A stretch of 64,000 bases of DNA, from positions 7,316,001 through 7,380,000 of the forward strand of contig CAIIXF020000001.1 of NCBI GenBank assembly GCA_903813345.2. Direction: 5' to 3'. The notes under the pieces are model-generated. The model searched no databases. It was not told the origin of the DNA and saw only the letters and a program-made list of their open reading frames with translations. Shown in pieces: positions 1-20,221 of the stretch. Position 1 is the first letter of the stretch, and each line of letters opens with the position of its first letter. A program made the translations under genes and the position numbers. This DNA is from Owenia fusiformis (taxonomy: Eukaryota).

Positions 1-1795
1 GCAATAGTAATTTTAGTATTGGCTATAATTTATTTATAGTAGTATCCTATATTGGTAGTTTGTACATCATAAAAAATGTTCAGAGAAATGATTTGAAAAT
101 CATGATGTAGATGTAGATTATTAAATAATGCAACATGGCAACATGATCCCTTTGAAGATAAAACACCATTGAGATGCTTGTCAAGTTGTTGGCTCCAGTG
201 AATATGAATGTAATTGAGGTGGTTTTATGTTTCATACTGTTTACTATGATCTTACTGTCATCATTTTAATATCATATTAACAATAAAAAGACACAAAATA
301 ACTTCTTTTTTTAATAATATGGTTTATTGTAAAGATAATGAATATAAAAGATATACAATTGGTCGGGTAGGAATGGATAACTGTACTTCATAATACAGGG
401 TTCTAGATTCAAAAATATGTTTTAATTTCATCTAAATTGAAAAGCTACAAGAACTTAGTTTTCAGTTTTAACACCTATCAAGTGAACTTTATGTTCAAAC
501 TTAAATTGCTCTTTTAAAATCTAAATTATACATTTTTACATTTTATATGAAGTACAGTGTAAATTTTGCATTTGCAAGCTTTGATGGGAATGGAGGTGAT
601 ACAAAAATAGCTGATATTATGGAACAATCAGACCAATTAATATGAGTGAAATAAGATAATAATTATCATTCACACATAAAATTATAATACCCATTTGTAT
701 ACCTTCCTCCCTCAATAAAATTATTATTTAATTAAGCAGTATTTAATTGATTAACATTCGGTTTTGTACAAAAGCTATGATGTACTATCATAAAAACCAC
801 AAAGAGGTGTCTATTTTCTACATCACCCTTTCTATATCAAGACTTATATACAAGTACAGATATACCTATATACAGTAAATCTTAACATATTACACTGCTG
901 GATTAAAGCATGCACTTTCAGTGGGATCACAAGAAAAATGCAGATTGCAAAAGTAATCTTGAATCTGATGAATGAAGCATTCGAGGAGTGCTATACACAG
1001 GTTAATGATAAGACCTACTAATAATTAGTTTATTTATCGCTCTTGCATTTCTCTTATCTACATGATGCACCTTGCTGAACTAATTAGTAATTTGATTATG
1101 CAAATGTTATGCAATACAAGCTTTATAGGAACTACAAGAAAGCGTAATATTCCATCCCGTAACCTAAAAGTATTAAACTAAATACACAAAGTACTGTTAT
1201 AGAGTACTCTCATAATATCAAGCCAATAAAGATAGGCCAATTTCACAGAATCAGAATGACTTGGACTTTGAAATCACAGCTTTGAATTAAGTGATTGTTT
1301 ATGATTCTGTATATTCTTTTCTCAGTGAGACGATGTCTATGTGTATTTCTCTCTCAGCAACTATGTCATTTTACATGCATTCCTAACTTTCTATATATAA
1401 ACCCTGTCAACTGATAGACATCTAGCCAAGTAAACAGGAGTAGTCATTGTAACATATCATATTTATACAGTATAGTACAATTACATGATTAATCTCAGTC
1501 AGTTGTGAATACTACCAGTACCAGAGTTCATGTATTCTCCATGCTCAGAAGGGGATCTATTTTTTCAGCACACTCTGAACTTATAATATGATTCTAAAAC
1601 ACTGTATAGTTATGTACAATGTTGGTTTTAGACCTGCCAAGAATTGCCAATAGCAGCTTGGTTGAACTAACTAAAAATAGACCCCGTAGCATGATGTTAT
1701 GCTCAGAAGCAATGTGATGCTTCAAGATATATTACTTGGCTATTGTCCAGGAGTTGAACATTCCTGTCATATCATTGCTACTATGTCCATGATTT

Positions 1796-8602
<6,807 letters not shown>

Positions 8603-10085
8603 TTTGATTTCTGGAAAAACAAGTATGCTTTGGTTAGGATTGTTAGAAACATATTTCAATTTAAACTGTCTTTAAATGAGTAAACAAGGCATTAACAGGA
8701 CAAAATGTCGCCGCCAATTATTGGAAGTTGCAAAAATTTGTTACAAACGCCATTTTTACAGAGGCAGACGCCCGAACACCAACCACTGATAACCATCTAT
8801 AAAAAAGTTGGAGACCATAACAATATGTCACCAATAATAACTTAAGTTCATTTATGTCACCACTTGAGGCGTTGAGATTGACATGAAAACTAAGTTAGAA
8901 ACCAATTCATACAAGTGCCCACTCATGCAAGTATGTAGTAACCAGTTTCACCACCTGGTGGCTGATTCGGGTTAATTAACATGGCAGGTATATAAGAAAG
9001 TTCCTTTGAATATCATCAGCTGAAGTAGATCAATTTTCATATAATCCTTATGTCCAGTAAAAGAAAGTACTTTTAGATATTTCACTTTTCAAAGTTGATA
9101 AATACTTTTTTAAACCACATTTCTCGAAGCAATTTACTATAGACTTCAAATATGATATTCATTTAACTAAATTTTGAATATTTAATGAAGTAAATCAAGA
9201 TTATTTCAACTACAATCTTGTATATTGCTCTGGGAATAATGCTTGTTGCATGGATTACAATAAGAAAACTGAGTTAAAAATATGACATAAGAAGAAACCG
9301 CGTTTGTTTTTTTGTTTTCGTTTTTAAAAAAGAAACCGCTTTTGCAAGAAATAAGCCTGTTATTCTTTTAAATAATAGTGCATGTAATTTCAAATGTTTA
9401 TTTGCTTTGAAATGACCATATTAGGAAACAATCCATTTGCACATATATCATTGAGTTTTATCTGAGGAACTATTATTTATATGCAATGTAACTCACTGAA
9501 ATAGAGAGGAAATGACTCCATATTTTGAACATGATTCAGAATGTACATATATACATATTTTTACACTGATTCTATTTTCAATATTGAAAAGTTTTTTCCT
9601 ATAGATTTTTTCATTTTCGCTAAACCCTGGGATGAATATTAGCGAACCATCCATAATGTTTTGATACCAAAGCTTAGTCCCTTGAAATGTAAACGTTTTT
9701 GGCAACCTTTTACACCAATGTATACACCTTGATTCTTACATATCGAGGATGGATTTGAAACTGCAGATTTGTACTCCGCGATTTGTAGCCTACAAATTGT
9801 ACCCAATTAAATTTTTTATATTGATAATGATATTTAGATGCAACAATGTATTATTAAACTGACAATCAAAAATGATAAGACCAGTATGAAAGGAAACGTC
9901 ATGACTCACTGGCTTTGGTATGCAAAAATCATGGCAAAAAATATGAAATAAAATGTCAATTACCATTCAACATGGATTCCTTCATCAGGTCTGGAAATAA
10001 TCGTTTTATGTTTTATTACATTGATGTATTTACACACGAAGAAGCCTTTAGTATATAATTTAACGATGTTAAGTAAGTGACTTAC

Positions 10086-10139
10086 CTGTTATTTGTACAA
10101 ACTTAACGAAATTTTTACTTCCTACTTTTTATGAACTGA
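10086..10139 (-). promoter_or_regulatory. Putative non-coding first exon and initiator of the MRLC gene
   Basis: Strong donor CAG|GTAAGT on the - strand at 10086/10085 and a TCAGTT Inr-like motif at 10139-10134. The ATG exon begins with an acceptor only 8 nt upstream of the ATG, so an upstream UTR exon is required. Confidence 0.6.
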
Positions 10140-10369
10140 AATAACCCGACATGCCCGGATGTTCAAACCGAGGCTTCGCAGTTATTTCGCTATAGCGGTT
10201 ATAAGTATAGCTTAGTAAAGTTCTAATCTGAAAACTATTGAAAGTTTGGGTAAGAGCGTTTTGTAAGCTCATGCGACCTCATTATGTCCAAGATGGCCGC
10301 TAATTACCCAAATGCTTTATAGGGAAATTCTCATGCATGTGCTGCACGACCATGTGAAAAAACATGTGT

Positions 10370-13300
10370 AGCAGCGTAGTATACGTAGCCTGTGCAATCC
10401 TAGCCTGAGATCACCCCAGCGTAGCAGCGTAGTAGACGTAGTATGTGTAGTAAGTGTAGTATGCTCCTAGCCTGACCCCTACCCCAGCGTAGTAGCGTAG
10501 TATGCGTAGTTAGTGTAGTAAGTGTAGTATGCTCCTAGCCTGACCCCTACCCAGGCGTAGTAGCGTAGTATACGTAGTAAGTGTAGTATGCTCCTAGCCT
10601 GCCCCTACCCTAGCGTAGTAGCGTAGTATACGTAGTATGCGTAGTAAGTGTAGTATGCTCCTAGCCTGACCCCACCCCAGCGTAGTACCGTAGTATGCGT
10701 AGTAAGTGTAGTAAGTGTAGTATGCTCCTAGCCCGACCCCACCCCAGCGTAGTAGCGTAGTACACGTAGTAAGTGTAGTATGTGTAGTACGTGTAACATG
10801 CTCCTAGCCTGGGCCTACCAGAGTGTAGTAGCGTAGTAAACGTAGTAAGTGTAGTATGCTCCTAGCCTGACCCTTCCCCAGCGTAGTAGCGTAGTATACG
10901 TAGTAAGTGTAGTAAGTGAAGCATATTCCTAGCCTGACCCTACCCCAGCGTAGTAACGTAGTATACGTAGTATGCGTAGTAAGTGTAGTAAGTGTAGTAT
11001 GCTCCTAGCCTGACCCCACCCCAGCGTAGTAGCGTAGTTTACGTAGTAAGTGTAGTAAGTGCAGTATGCTCCTTGCCTGACCCCACCCCAGCGTAGTAGC
11101 GTAGTATACGTAGTAAGTGTAGTAAGTGTAGTATGCTCCTAGCCTGACCCTATCCCAGTTAGTAGCGTAGTGTACGTAGTATGCGTAGTAAGTGTAGTAA
11201 GTGTAGGATGCTCCTAGCCTGACCCCACCCCAGCGTAGTAGCGTAGTATACGTAGTATGCGTAGTAAGTGAAGTAAGCTCCTAGCCTGATCCCACCCCAG
11301 CGTAGTAGCGTAGTATACGTAGTAAGTGTAGTAAGTGTAGTATGCTCCTAGCCTGACCCCACCCCAGCGTAGTAGCGTAGTAAACGTAGTAAGTGTAGTA
11401 AGTGTAGCATGCTCCTAGCCTGACCCTACCCCAGTGTAGTAGCGTAGTATACGTAGTAAGTGTAGTAAGTGTATTATGCTCCTAGCCTGGGCCTACCAGA
11501 GTGTAGTAGCGTAGTAAACGTAGTAAGTGTAGTGTGCTCCTAGCCTGACCCTTCCCCAGCGTAGTAGCGTAGTATACGTAGTAAGTGTAGTAAGTGTAGC
11601 ATATTCCTAGCCTGACCCTACCCCAGCGTAGTAACGTAGTATACGTAGTATGCGTAGTAAGTGTAGTAAGTGTAGTATGCTCCTAGCCTGACCCCACCCC
11701 AGCGTAGTAGCGTAGTTTACGTAGTAAGTGTAGTAAGTGTAGTATGCTCCTTGCCTGACCCCACCCTAGCGTAGTAGCGTAGTATACGTAGTAAGTGTAG
11801 TAAGTGTAGTATGCTCCTAGCCTGACCCTATCCCAGTTAGTAGCGTAGTATACGTAGTATGCGTAGTAAGTGTAGTAAGTGTAGGATGCTCCTAGCCTGA
11901 CCCCACCCCAGCGTAGTAGCGTAGTAAACGTAGTAAGTGTAGTAAGTGTAGCATGCTCCTAGCCTGACCCTACCCCAGTGTAGTAGCGTAGTATACGTAG
12001 TAAGTGTAGTAAGTGTAGTAGCTCCTAGCCTGACCCTACCCCAGCGTAGTAGTGTAGTATACGTAGTAAGTGTAGTAAGTGTAGTATGCTCCCATCCTCA
12101 CCCTACCCCAGCGTAGTAGCGTAGTATGCGTAGTAAGTGTAGTGAGTGTAGCATGCTCCTAGCCTGACCCTACCCCAGCGTAGTACCGTAGTATGCGTAG
12201 TAAGTGTAGTAAGTATAGTATGCTCCTAGCCTTACCCACCCCAGCGTAGTAGCGTAGTATACGTAGTAAGTGTAGTATGTGTAGCATGCTCCTAGCCTGA
12301 CCCTACCCCAGCGTAGTAGCGTAGTATACGTAGTAAGTGTAGTAAGTGTAGTATGCTCCTAGCCTGACCCTACCCCAGCGTAGTAGCGTAGTAAACGTAG
12401 TAAGTGTAGTAAGTGTAGCATGCTCCTAGCCTGACCCTACCCCAGCGTAGTAGCGTAGTATACGTAGTAAGTGTAGTAAGTGTAGCATGCTCATAGCCTG
12501 ACCCCACCCCAGCGTAGGAGCGTAGTATACGTAGTATGCGTAGTAAGTGTAGTAAGTGTAGTATGCTCCTAGCCTGACCCCACCCCAGCGTAGTAGCGTA
12601 GTAAACGTAGTAAGTGTAGTAAGTGTAGCATGCTCCTAGCCTGACCCTACCCCAGTGTAGTAGCGTAGTATACGTAGTAAGTGTAGTAAGTGTAGTAGCT
12701 CCTAGCCTGACCCTACCCCAGCGTAGTAGTGTAGTAAGTGTAGTAAGTGTAGTATGCTCCTAGCCTGACCCTACCCCAGCGTAGTAGCGTAGTAAACGTA
12801 GTAAGTGTAGTAAGTGTAGCATGCTCCTAGCCTGACCCTACCCCAGCGTAGTAGCGTAGTATACGTAGTAAGTGTAGTAAGTGTAGCATGCTCATAGCCT
12901 GACCCCACCCCAGCGTAGTAGCGTAGTATACGTAGTATGCGTAGTAAGTGTAGTATGCTCCTAGCCTGACCCCACCCCAGCGTAGTAGCGTAGTAAACGT
13001 AGTAAGTGTAGTAAGTGTAGCATGCTCCTAGCCTGACCCTACCCCAGTGTAGTAGCGTAGTATACGTAGTAAGTGTAGTAAGTGTAGTAGCTCCTAGCCT
13101 GACCCTACCCCAGCGTAGTAGTGTAGTATACGTAGTAAGTGTAGTAAGTGTAGTATGCTCCCATCCTCACCCTACCCCAGCGTAGTAGCGTAGTATCCGT
13201 AGTAAGTGTAGTAAGTGTAGTATGCTCCTAGCCTGACCCTACCCCAGCGTAGTAGCGTAGTATGCGTAGTAGTGTAGTAAGTGTAGCATGCTCATAGCCT

Positions 13301-15745
13301 GACCCCACCCCAGCGTAGTAGCGTAGTATACGTAGTATGCGTAGTAAGTGTAGTAAGTGTAGTATGCTCCTAGCCTGACCCTACCCAAGCGTAGTAGCGT
13401 AGTATGCGTAGTAAGTGTAGTAAGTGTAGTAAGTCTAGCATGCTCATAGCCTGACCCCACCCCAGCGTAGTAGCGTAGTATACGTAGTATGCGTAGTAAG
13501 TGTAGTAAGTGTAGTATGCTTCTAGCCTGACCCTCACCCCAGCGTAGTAGCGTAGTATACGTAGTAAGTGTAGTAAGCGTAGTATGCTCATAGCCTGACC
13601 CCACCCCAGCGTAGTAGCGTAGTATACGTAGTATGCGTAGTAAGTGTAGTAAGTGTAGTATGCTCCTAGCCTGACCCCACCCCAGCGTAATAGCGTAGTA
13701 TATGTAGTAAGTGTAGTAAGTGTAGCATGCTCCTAGCCTGACCCTACCCCAGCGTAGTAGCGTAGTATACGTAGTAAGTGAAGTAAGTGTAGCATGCTCA
13801 TAGCCTGACCCCACCCCAGCGTAGTAGCGTAGTATACGTAGTATGCGTAGTAAGTGTAGTAAGTGTAGTAGCTCCTAGCCTGACCCTTCCCCAGCGTAGT
13901 AGTGTAGTATACGTAGTAAGTGTAGTAAGTGTAGTATGCTCCCATCCTCACCCTACCCCAGCGTAGTAGCGTAGTATGCGTAGTAAGTGTAGTAAGTGTA
14001 GTATGCTCCTAGCCTGACCCTACCCCAGCGTAGTAGCGTAGTATGCGTAGTAAGTGTAGTAAGTGTAGTAAGTGTAGCATGCTCATAGCCTGACCCCACC
14101 CCAGCGTAGTAGCGTAGTATACGTAGTATGCGTAGTAAGTGTAGTAAGTGTAGTATGCTCCTAGCCTTACCCTACCCAAGCGTAGTAGCGTAGTATGCGT
14201 AGTAAGTGTAGTAAGTGTAGTAAGTGTAGCATGCTCATAGCCTGACCCCACCCCAGCGTAGTAGCGTAGTATACGTATTAGCGTAGTAAGTGTAGTATGC
14301 TTCTAGCCTGACCCTCACCCCAGCGTAGTAGCGTAGTATACGTAGTAAGTGTAGTAAGCGTAGTATGCTCATAGCCTGACCCCACCCCAGCGTAGTAGCG
14401 TAGTATACGTAGTATGCGTAGTAAGTGTAGTAAGTGTAGTATGCTCCTAGCCTGACCCCACCCCAGCGTAGTAGCGTAGTAAACGTAGTAAGTGTAGTAG
14501 TGTAGCATGCTCCTAGCCTGACCCTACCCCAGTGTAGTAGCGTAGTATACATAGTAAGTGTAGTAGCTCCTAGCCTGACCCTACCCCAGCGTAGTAGTGT
14601 AGTATACGTTGTAAGTGTAGTAAGTGTAGTATGCTCCCATCCTCATCCTACCCCAGTGTAGTAGCGTAGTATGCGTAGTAAGTGTAGTAAGTGTAGTATG
14701 CTCCTAGCCTGACCCTACCCTAGCGTAGTAGCGAAGTATGCGTAGTAAGTGTAGTAAGTGTAGCATGCTCATAGCCTGACCCCACCCCAGCGTAGTATAC
14801 GTAGTATGCGTAGTAAGTGTAGTAAGTGTAGTATGCTCCTAGCCTGACCCTACCCAAGCGTAGTAGCGTAGTATGCGTAGTAAGTGTAGTAAGTGTAGTA
14901 AGTGTAGCATGCTCATAGCCTGACCCCACCCCAGCGTAGTAGCGTAGTATACGTAGTATGCGTAGTAAGTGTAGTAAGTGTAGTATGCTCCTAGCCTGAC
15001 CCTCACCCCAGCGTAGTAGCGTAGTATACGTAGTAAGTGTAGTATGCTACTAGCCTGACCTTACCCCAGTGTAGTAGCGTAGTATGCGTAGTAAGTGTAG
15101 TAAGTGTAGCATGCTCCTAGCCTGACCCCACCCCAGCGTAGTAGCGTAGTATACGTAGTATGCGTAGTAAGTGTAGTAAGTGTAGTATGCTCCTAGCCTG
15201 ACCCCCACCCCAGCGTAGTAGCGTAGTATACGTAGTAAGTGTAGTAAGCGTAGTATGCTACTAGCCTGACCCTACCCCAGTGTAGTAGCGTAGTATGCGT
15301 AGTAAGTGTAGTAAGTGTAGCATGCTCCTAGCCTGACCCCACCCCAGCGTAGTAGCGTAGTATACGTAGTATGCGTAGTAAGTGTAGTAAGTGTAGTATG
15401 CTCCTAGCCTGACCCCACCCCAGCGTAATTGCGTAGTATATGTAGTAAGTGTAGTAAGTGTAGCATGCTCCTAGCCCGCCCCTACCCTAGCGTAGTAGCG
15501 TAGTATACGTAGTAAGTGTAGCATGCTCCTAGCCTGACCCTACCCCAGCGTAGTAGCGTAGTATACGTAGTAAGTGTAGTAAGTGTAGTATGCTCCCATC
15601 CTCATCCTACCCCAGCGTAGTAGCGTAGTATGCGTAGTAAGTGTAGTAAGTGTAGCATGCTCCTAGCCTGACCCCATCCCAGCGTAGTAGCGTAGTATAC
15701 GTAGTAAGTGTAGTAGTATACGTAGTAAGTGTAGTAAGTGTAGCA
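10370..15745 (+). repeat. Satellite arm (left): ~55-80 bp units ATGCTCCTAGCCTGACCC(T/C)ACCCCAGCGTAGTAGCGTAGTA(TACGTAGTA)(AGTGTAGTA)n
   Basis: Directly visible tandem array; unit length varies with the number of 8-9 bp GTAGTA sub-repeats. Confidence 0.97.
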
Positions 15746-15907
15746 TAATTAACACTTTTTGGGAAAAGGAAGATTAAAGACTAATAGCCGTTACACCGTG
15801 CCATTATTGGAGTCACTAAAATGTGTAAAGTCTATTTACATCGCAAGATGGGAACTTGTCAAATTATGTAATTCAATCATTTACAAATACGGTAGACTTT
15901 CCGAAAA

Positions 15908-16662
15908 TAGGGAGTTTAAGATTAGCGTAAATAACCCATTTACCTATACCTATACGTAGTTTGTTATTACACTAAGCGGTATTTTACCTAAGTTACAGGG
16001 TTTATGATACGTTATTACCTATAAATGGCCGAAGATAGGTAATTCGAAAACGTATGTTTTTATCCAACAAATTATGTCATTTCTAGATCAAATATCATCC
16101 ATTAAACTTTAAAATAGTAACAACAAACATTTCTCATTCGATCTGCATAGAAATTAAGTGGTCGAACACATTCATCGATGCGATAAACGATGCCATGTGA
16201 TGATGCATGGAATTGTTGAATTTAGTTTTTTCATTAGTTTTGCTTATTGTAAATGTATGAAATCAGCCATTTTCCCAGTTTGAATTGGTTAACTTTACTA
16301 TTTGGTCACTCTCATTGCTGGATCATGCTAGAAATTTAACATTTCGACTTAAGTCACTGCCCCATAAGCGGGCCCACAAGCAACGCCCCCTCCCAACTAC
16401 AGTAGCTACACCACACTCTCTCTCTGAAGTACATAACATTCTTGGAGGTGACATGTACTGGTATGTACCATATAAGCCATCGCATGGTTTTCATTCTATA
16501 ATTAGGATGTCATTTTTATCATAAATTGCAGCATACGGTTTCGTAGCTTTTTACGTTAATCTTAAACTCATTTTGCAATACGCATTACCTATACGCATCC
16601 GTAACAAACATACGACTAGGGATAGGTACACGTATATTTTTACGCTAATCTTAACCTCCCTA
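15908..16662. mobile_element. MITE with 24-bp TIRs
   Basis: TAGGGAGTTTAAGATTAGCGTAAA ... TTTACGCTAATCTTAACCTCCCTA (1 mismatch). Confidence 0.6.
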
Positions 16663-19600
16663 CTGATCAGTCCTTCAAAACGCAAGTGTAAATTATGTTA
16701 CACGATATGTTCTGTATGTTCTGTATTTCAATTCAAGATTTAAGTTCAAAAAGTAGGCTTAACAATGAGGAAGAAAATGTTTTTACAGAAAAAATTAATA
16801 ATGTTTCTCTTCACTCGGCTCCAGTCGCAGTGAAGACAGAGCGTGCGAAGATGAGATACAACAGTACTTGGAGAATAATCAAGAATAGATTATATTTAAT
16901 TTTAGTATTAGCGTCGCTATCATCTGTGTCACACGTTTCTTTAAAATAATACAAATACTTTTTTGAATTACTGAATTGAAAATATGACTCGCAAACATTT
17001 TCTTACAATAATTTTAGATTCTTTGGATTAAGTTGTATCATTAAATAAAACAACACATGGAATAATATCAGTTAGAACACATTGGTTGGGAAAGCAACTT
17101 TTAGTGCCTTCTGCAGATTTAAGGATTGAGCCAGGCTATTCTGATTTTTTGTTCATCTTTAAAAGCACAAAGAGAACTTTCAAATGAGCCATGGCTTGTG
17201 TCTTAACAATTTTTCCTTGCATATATAAACCAATAAGTCGGATTTGAATTTAGCACATTTCCTCTAAATCTTGGGCACATTTTTGGCTCTATAGCACAAT
17301 TTCAATTCTGTGATAAGACAGGTTTTCCTATGGCAAGGCTCAATTATCTATATATCATGGTAGACCATAATTTGTAATGAGGAGATGTTCAATTTCACAC
17401 TACTTGTCATGATCATACTAGTAAGTAAAAAATGCGGTACAGAATCATTATTCGCGAATGCATACTTTGCAGGCCCGTAGCAACTTTTTAAGAGATGTAC
17501 TGTCATACTTGGGATTGTAATGATGTCTTGCTGGGAGTTCTCTAAAAATAAAGCTGAAAAGTCGAGAGAAATGTTGAAAGGAGGATAAATTATTACGTTT
17601 AGTGAGCTCCTCCGCACCCAATATTTAGAGGGGGCTCATATCTGAAGAACATTTCCTAATTTTTATAAAATCACACAGATACTGCCTGGCTTCCAAAATG
17701 CAAAAATAATTTGTATGGATAGTGTATCTTGAACACCATTTTTTATAAATGCTGGGGACGCAGTATAAAAAGAATAATTTCAAAATATATAAGTCTGGGA
17801 AAGGTTTAAGGCATATTGCGTCGCTATAGAATGAATTGCACTACTATTTTCACAATTTTATTGATATTTGGTGTCAAATACACATATCTTGGTATATTTG
17901 AAGTCCCAAAACGGCTTAGTTTCAGAAATATCCCAAATTTAAATTAAAAAATGACCGTTCGCTCCGCACCCTCCGCTCATTTGCACCGCACCCAATATTT
18001 CCCACAGGCTCTGTCTGCAAAGGGTGTATCCGATCTTAATGTTTATTGAAGTACGTACCACATTCGTTTTTGTAAACATATGTAAAATATTGTAAATAGT
18101 GGGAGTGCCCTTTTTTAAAATAGAATACCGGTTTGGTGAGATATTTATTTTGATCTTTATTGATAACATGAATTTTGAACAATTGATTCAATCATGCATG
18201 ACAGTGAATGAGTGATTTGATCACTGTCTTGATACACGTACATGACGTATGATACATGAAACATGCGTTGACATTGGGTACACCCCAGTTGTCCGAAACC
18301 CAGTTGTTCGAAACACATTACTTCGAAAAAATAGTCATAATTTACCAGAGAAAGGGGGACGTACTTTTTAGGCCAGTTTCATGCCATGACGGGTTGCAAA
18401 AAGCTCGCGCACGCATTGTTACACATTTTGTGGCGTAATCCAGAGGATCCTCGCTTTTAACATGATAGAATGTGACGTTTTTGAGAAAAATGTACACACA
18501 TGAAAATCCTTTCGTCCTCCACATTTACCTCTATATCTCAAAACATTTTAGACGAATAACTCTGATATCATATATATATTGTTAATGGGCTAGGAGCATC
18601 ATAAAACACGAATCAATTGGCTTATGGGCCATGTAAACCAGGCTAGAATATGCAAATTAGATAGATACATATATGTATACATACATATATCTATGTATTC
18701 ATGCATATATATATTATATGCCAGCACAGAATATGCAAATTAGATAAATACATACATTATTATATGTATTCATATATATGTATGATATATATACAAGCAT
18801 GGAATATGTTAATTAGATAGACTAGATACATAACAATTAATTTATTAGTTGGCATAGTATATGTTAATTAAATAACAATAATTCATGAATATCTGAGATA
18901 TCTATGAATATGCTTTAATTTATGAGATATATGTGTATTGTATACATGTTATATATGTATGTATTTGTATATATCTTCTAAGCTGGTCCCCAGTCCCCAG
19001 TTCCCAGTTTGAGATATCTATATGCTATTTATAATATGTATGTATTTGTATGTATCTTTTAAGAAGGTCCCCAGTCCCCAGTTCCCAGTTTGAGATATTT
19101 ATATGCTATATATAATATGTATGTATTTGTATGTATCTTTTTAAGAAGGTCCCCAGTCCCCAGTTCCCAGTTTGAGATATCTATGTTTGTGTATATATGT
19201 ATTTGTATGTATCTTATAAGTTGGTCCCCAGTCCCCAGTTCCCATTTTGAGATATCTATGTCATATGTATGTATGTATCTTCTAAGCTGGTCCCCAGTCC
19301 CCAGTTCCCAGTTTGAGATATCTATATGTAGGTATTTGTATTAAACATTGACAGAATATGAAATGAATATAACTTCGTAACAAAAAAGTACAATTGTAAA
19401 TCTAATATGTACGTGTATTAAACATTGACGTCACAGAATATGAAATTAATATTCACCTTTCCACAAAGTAAAGAAAATCGATAATTTCCGGCGGGCTGAT
19501 TGGTTGTATGCAAATGAGTCAAATCAATGATGTCAATGCCTGAAAGTTTTGAAGAATTAGTACAGCCAGCATAGGAATATTTTGAATTAACTGCAATAAA

Positions 19601-20221
19601 AAGGATTCTATTTGCCCAATGCACTAATTATTTTTAGTCAAATATGAAATATGGACAGGGCACTTTCATTCCGAATCTTATGTAATTTAATTTAATCATT
19701 TTTTGACAGAGCTATTGTTTATTAAGACTTCTCAGATCAGCCTCACATACCCGGGCTCACATGTCTCGTGTGATTGTAAACAAAAAATGTAAATTGAGAA
19801 GTTAAAAACGACTCGGTTGAATTATTTGATAGTGGTCATACAATATCCTGTTAAATGTTACGTCGTAGTAAGAAATTCCATCAGAAATTCACATAACATT
19901 CGCACAAAGCGTTACCTTTTGGTACTTATTCGCCATCAGTCAATAATGATCAGCAATGTCAACATATCATCAATAAACATTGTATGATATACGCTCTTTC
20001 TCTGAAATCTTCCCAGTGATCATTATTCAAAACCGATCATCACATAACTAATTTATTCTATGAAAAGTGAGGTTTTACAAGTGAAGTTTTCAGGACACCC
20101 TGCATATCCAGGTTTTTTTTCATTGATTTCATTTCAATTGACTGTTTCTACACTGAATAAAAAACATTTTCCCGGGAATATTTGGATTGGGAGATACACA
20201 GCGGGAAATATACATTGGAAT

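Noticed and set aside
13239-14929. Several Tyr/Thr/Leu-rich ORFs (also 40407-40691)
   Set aside because: They are translations of the satellite with no protein features.
10370-15745. Telomeric or interstitial telomere repeat
   Set aside because: No TTAGGG or TTAGG tandem motif; the unit is complex and bounded by transposon-like termini.
18276-18330. GGGTACACCCCAGTTGTCCGAAACCCAGTTGTTCGAAAC, a possible further repeat-armed terminus
   Set aside because: I could not find an inverted partner or TSD in the window.
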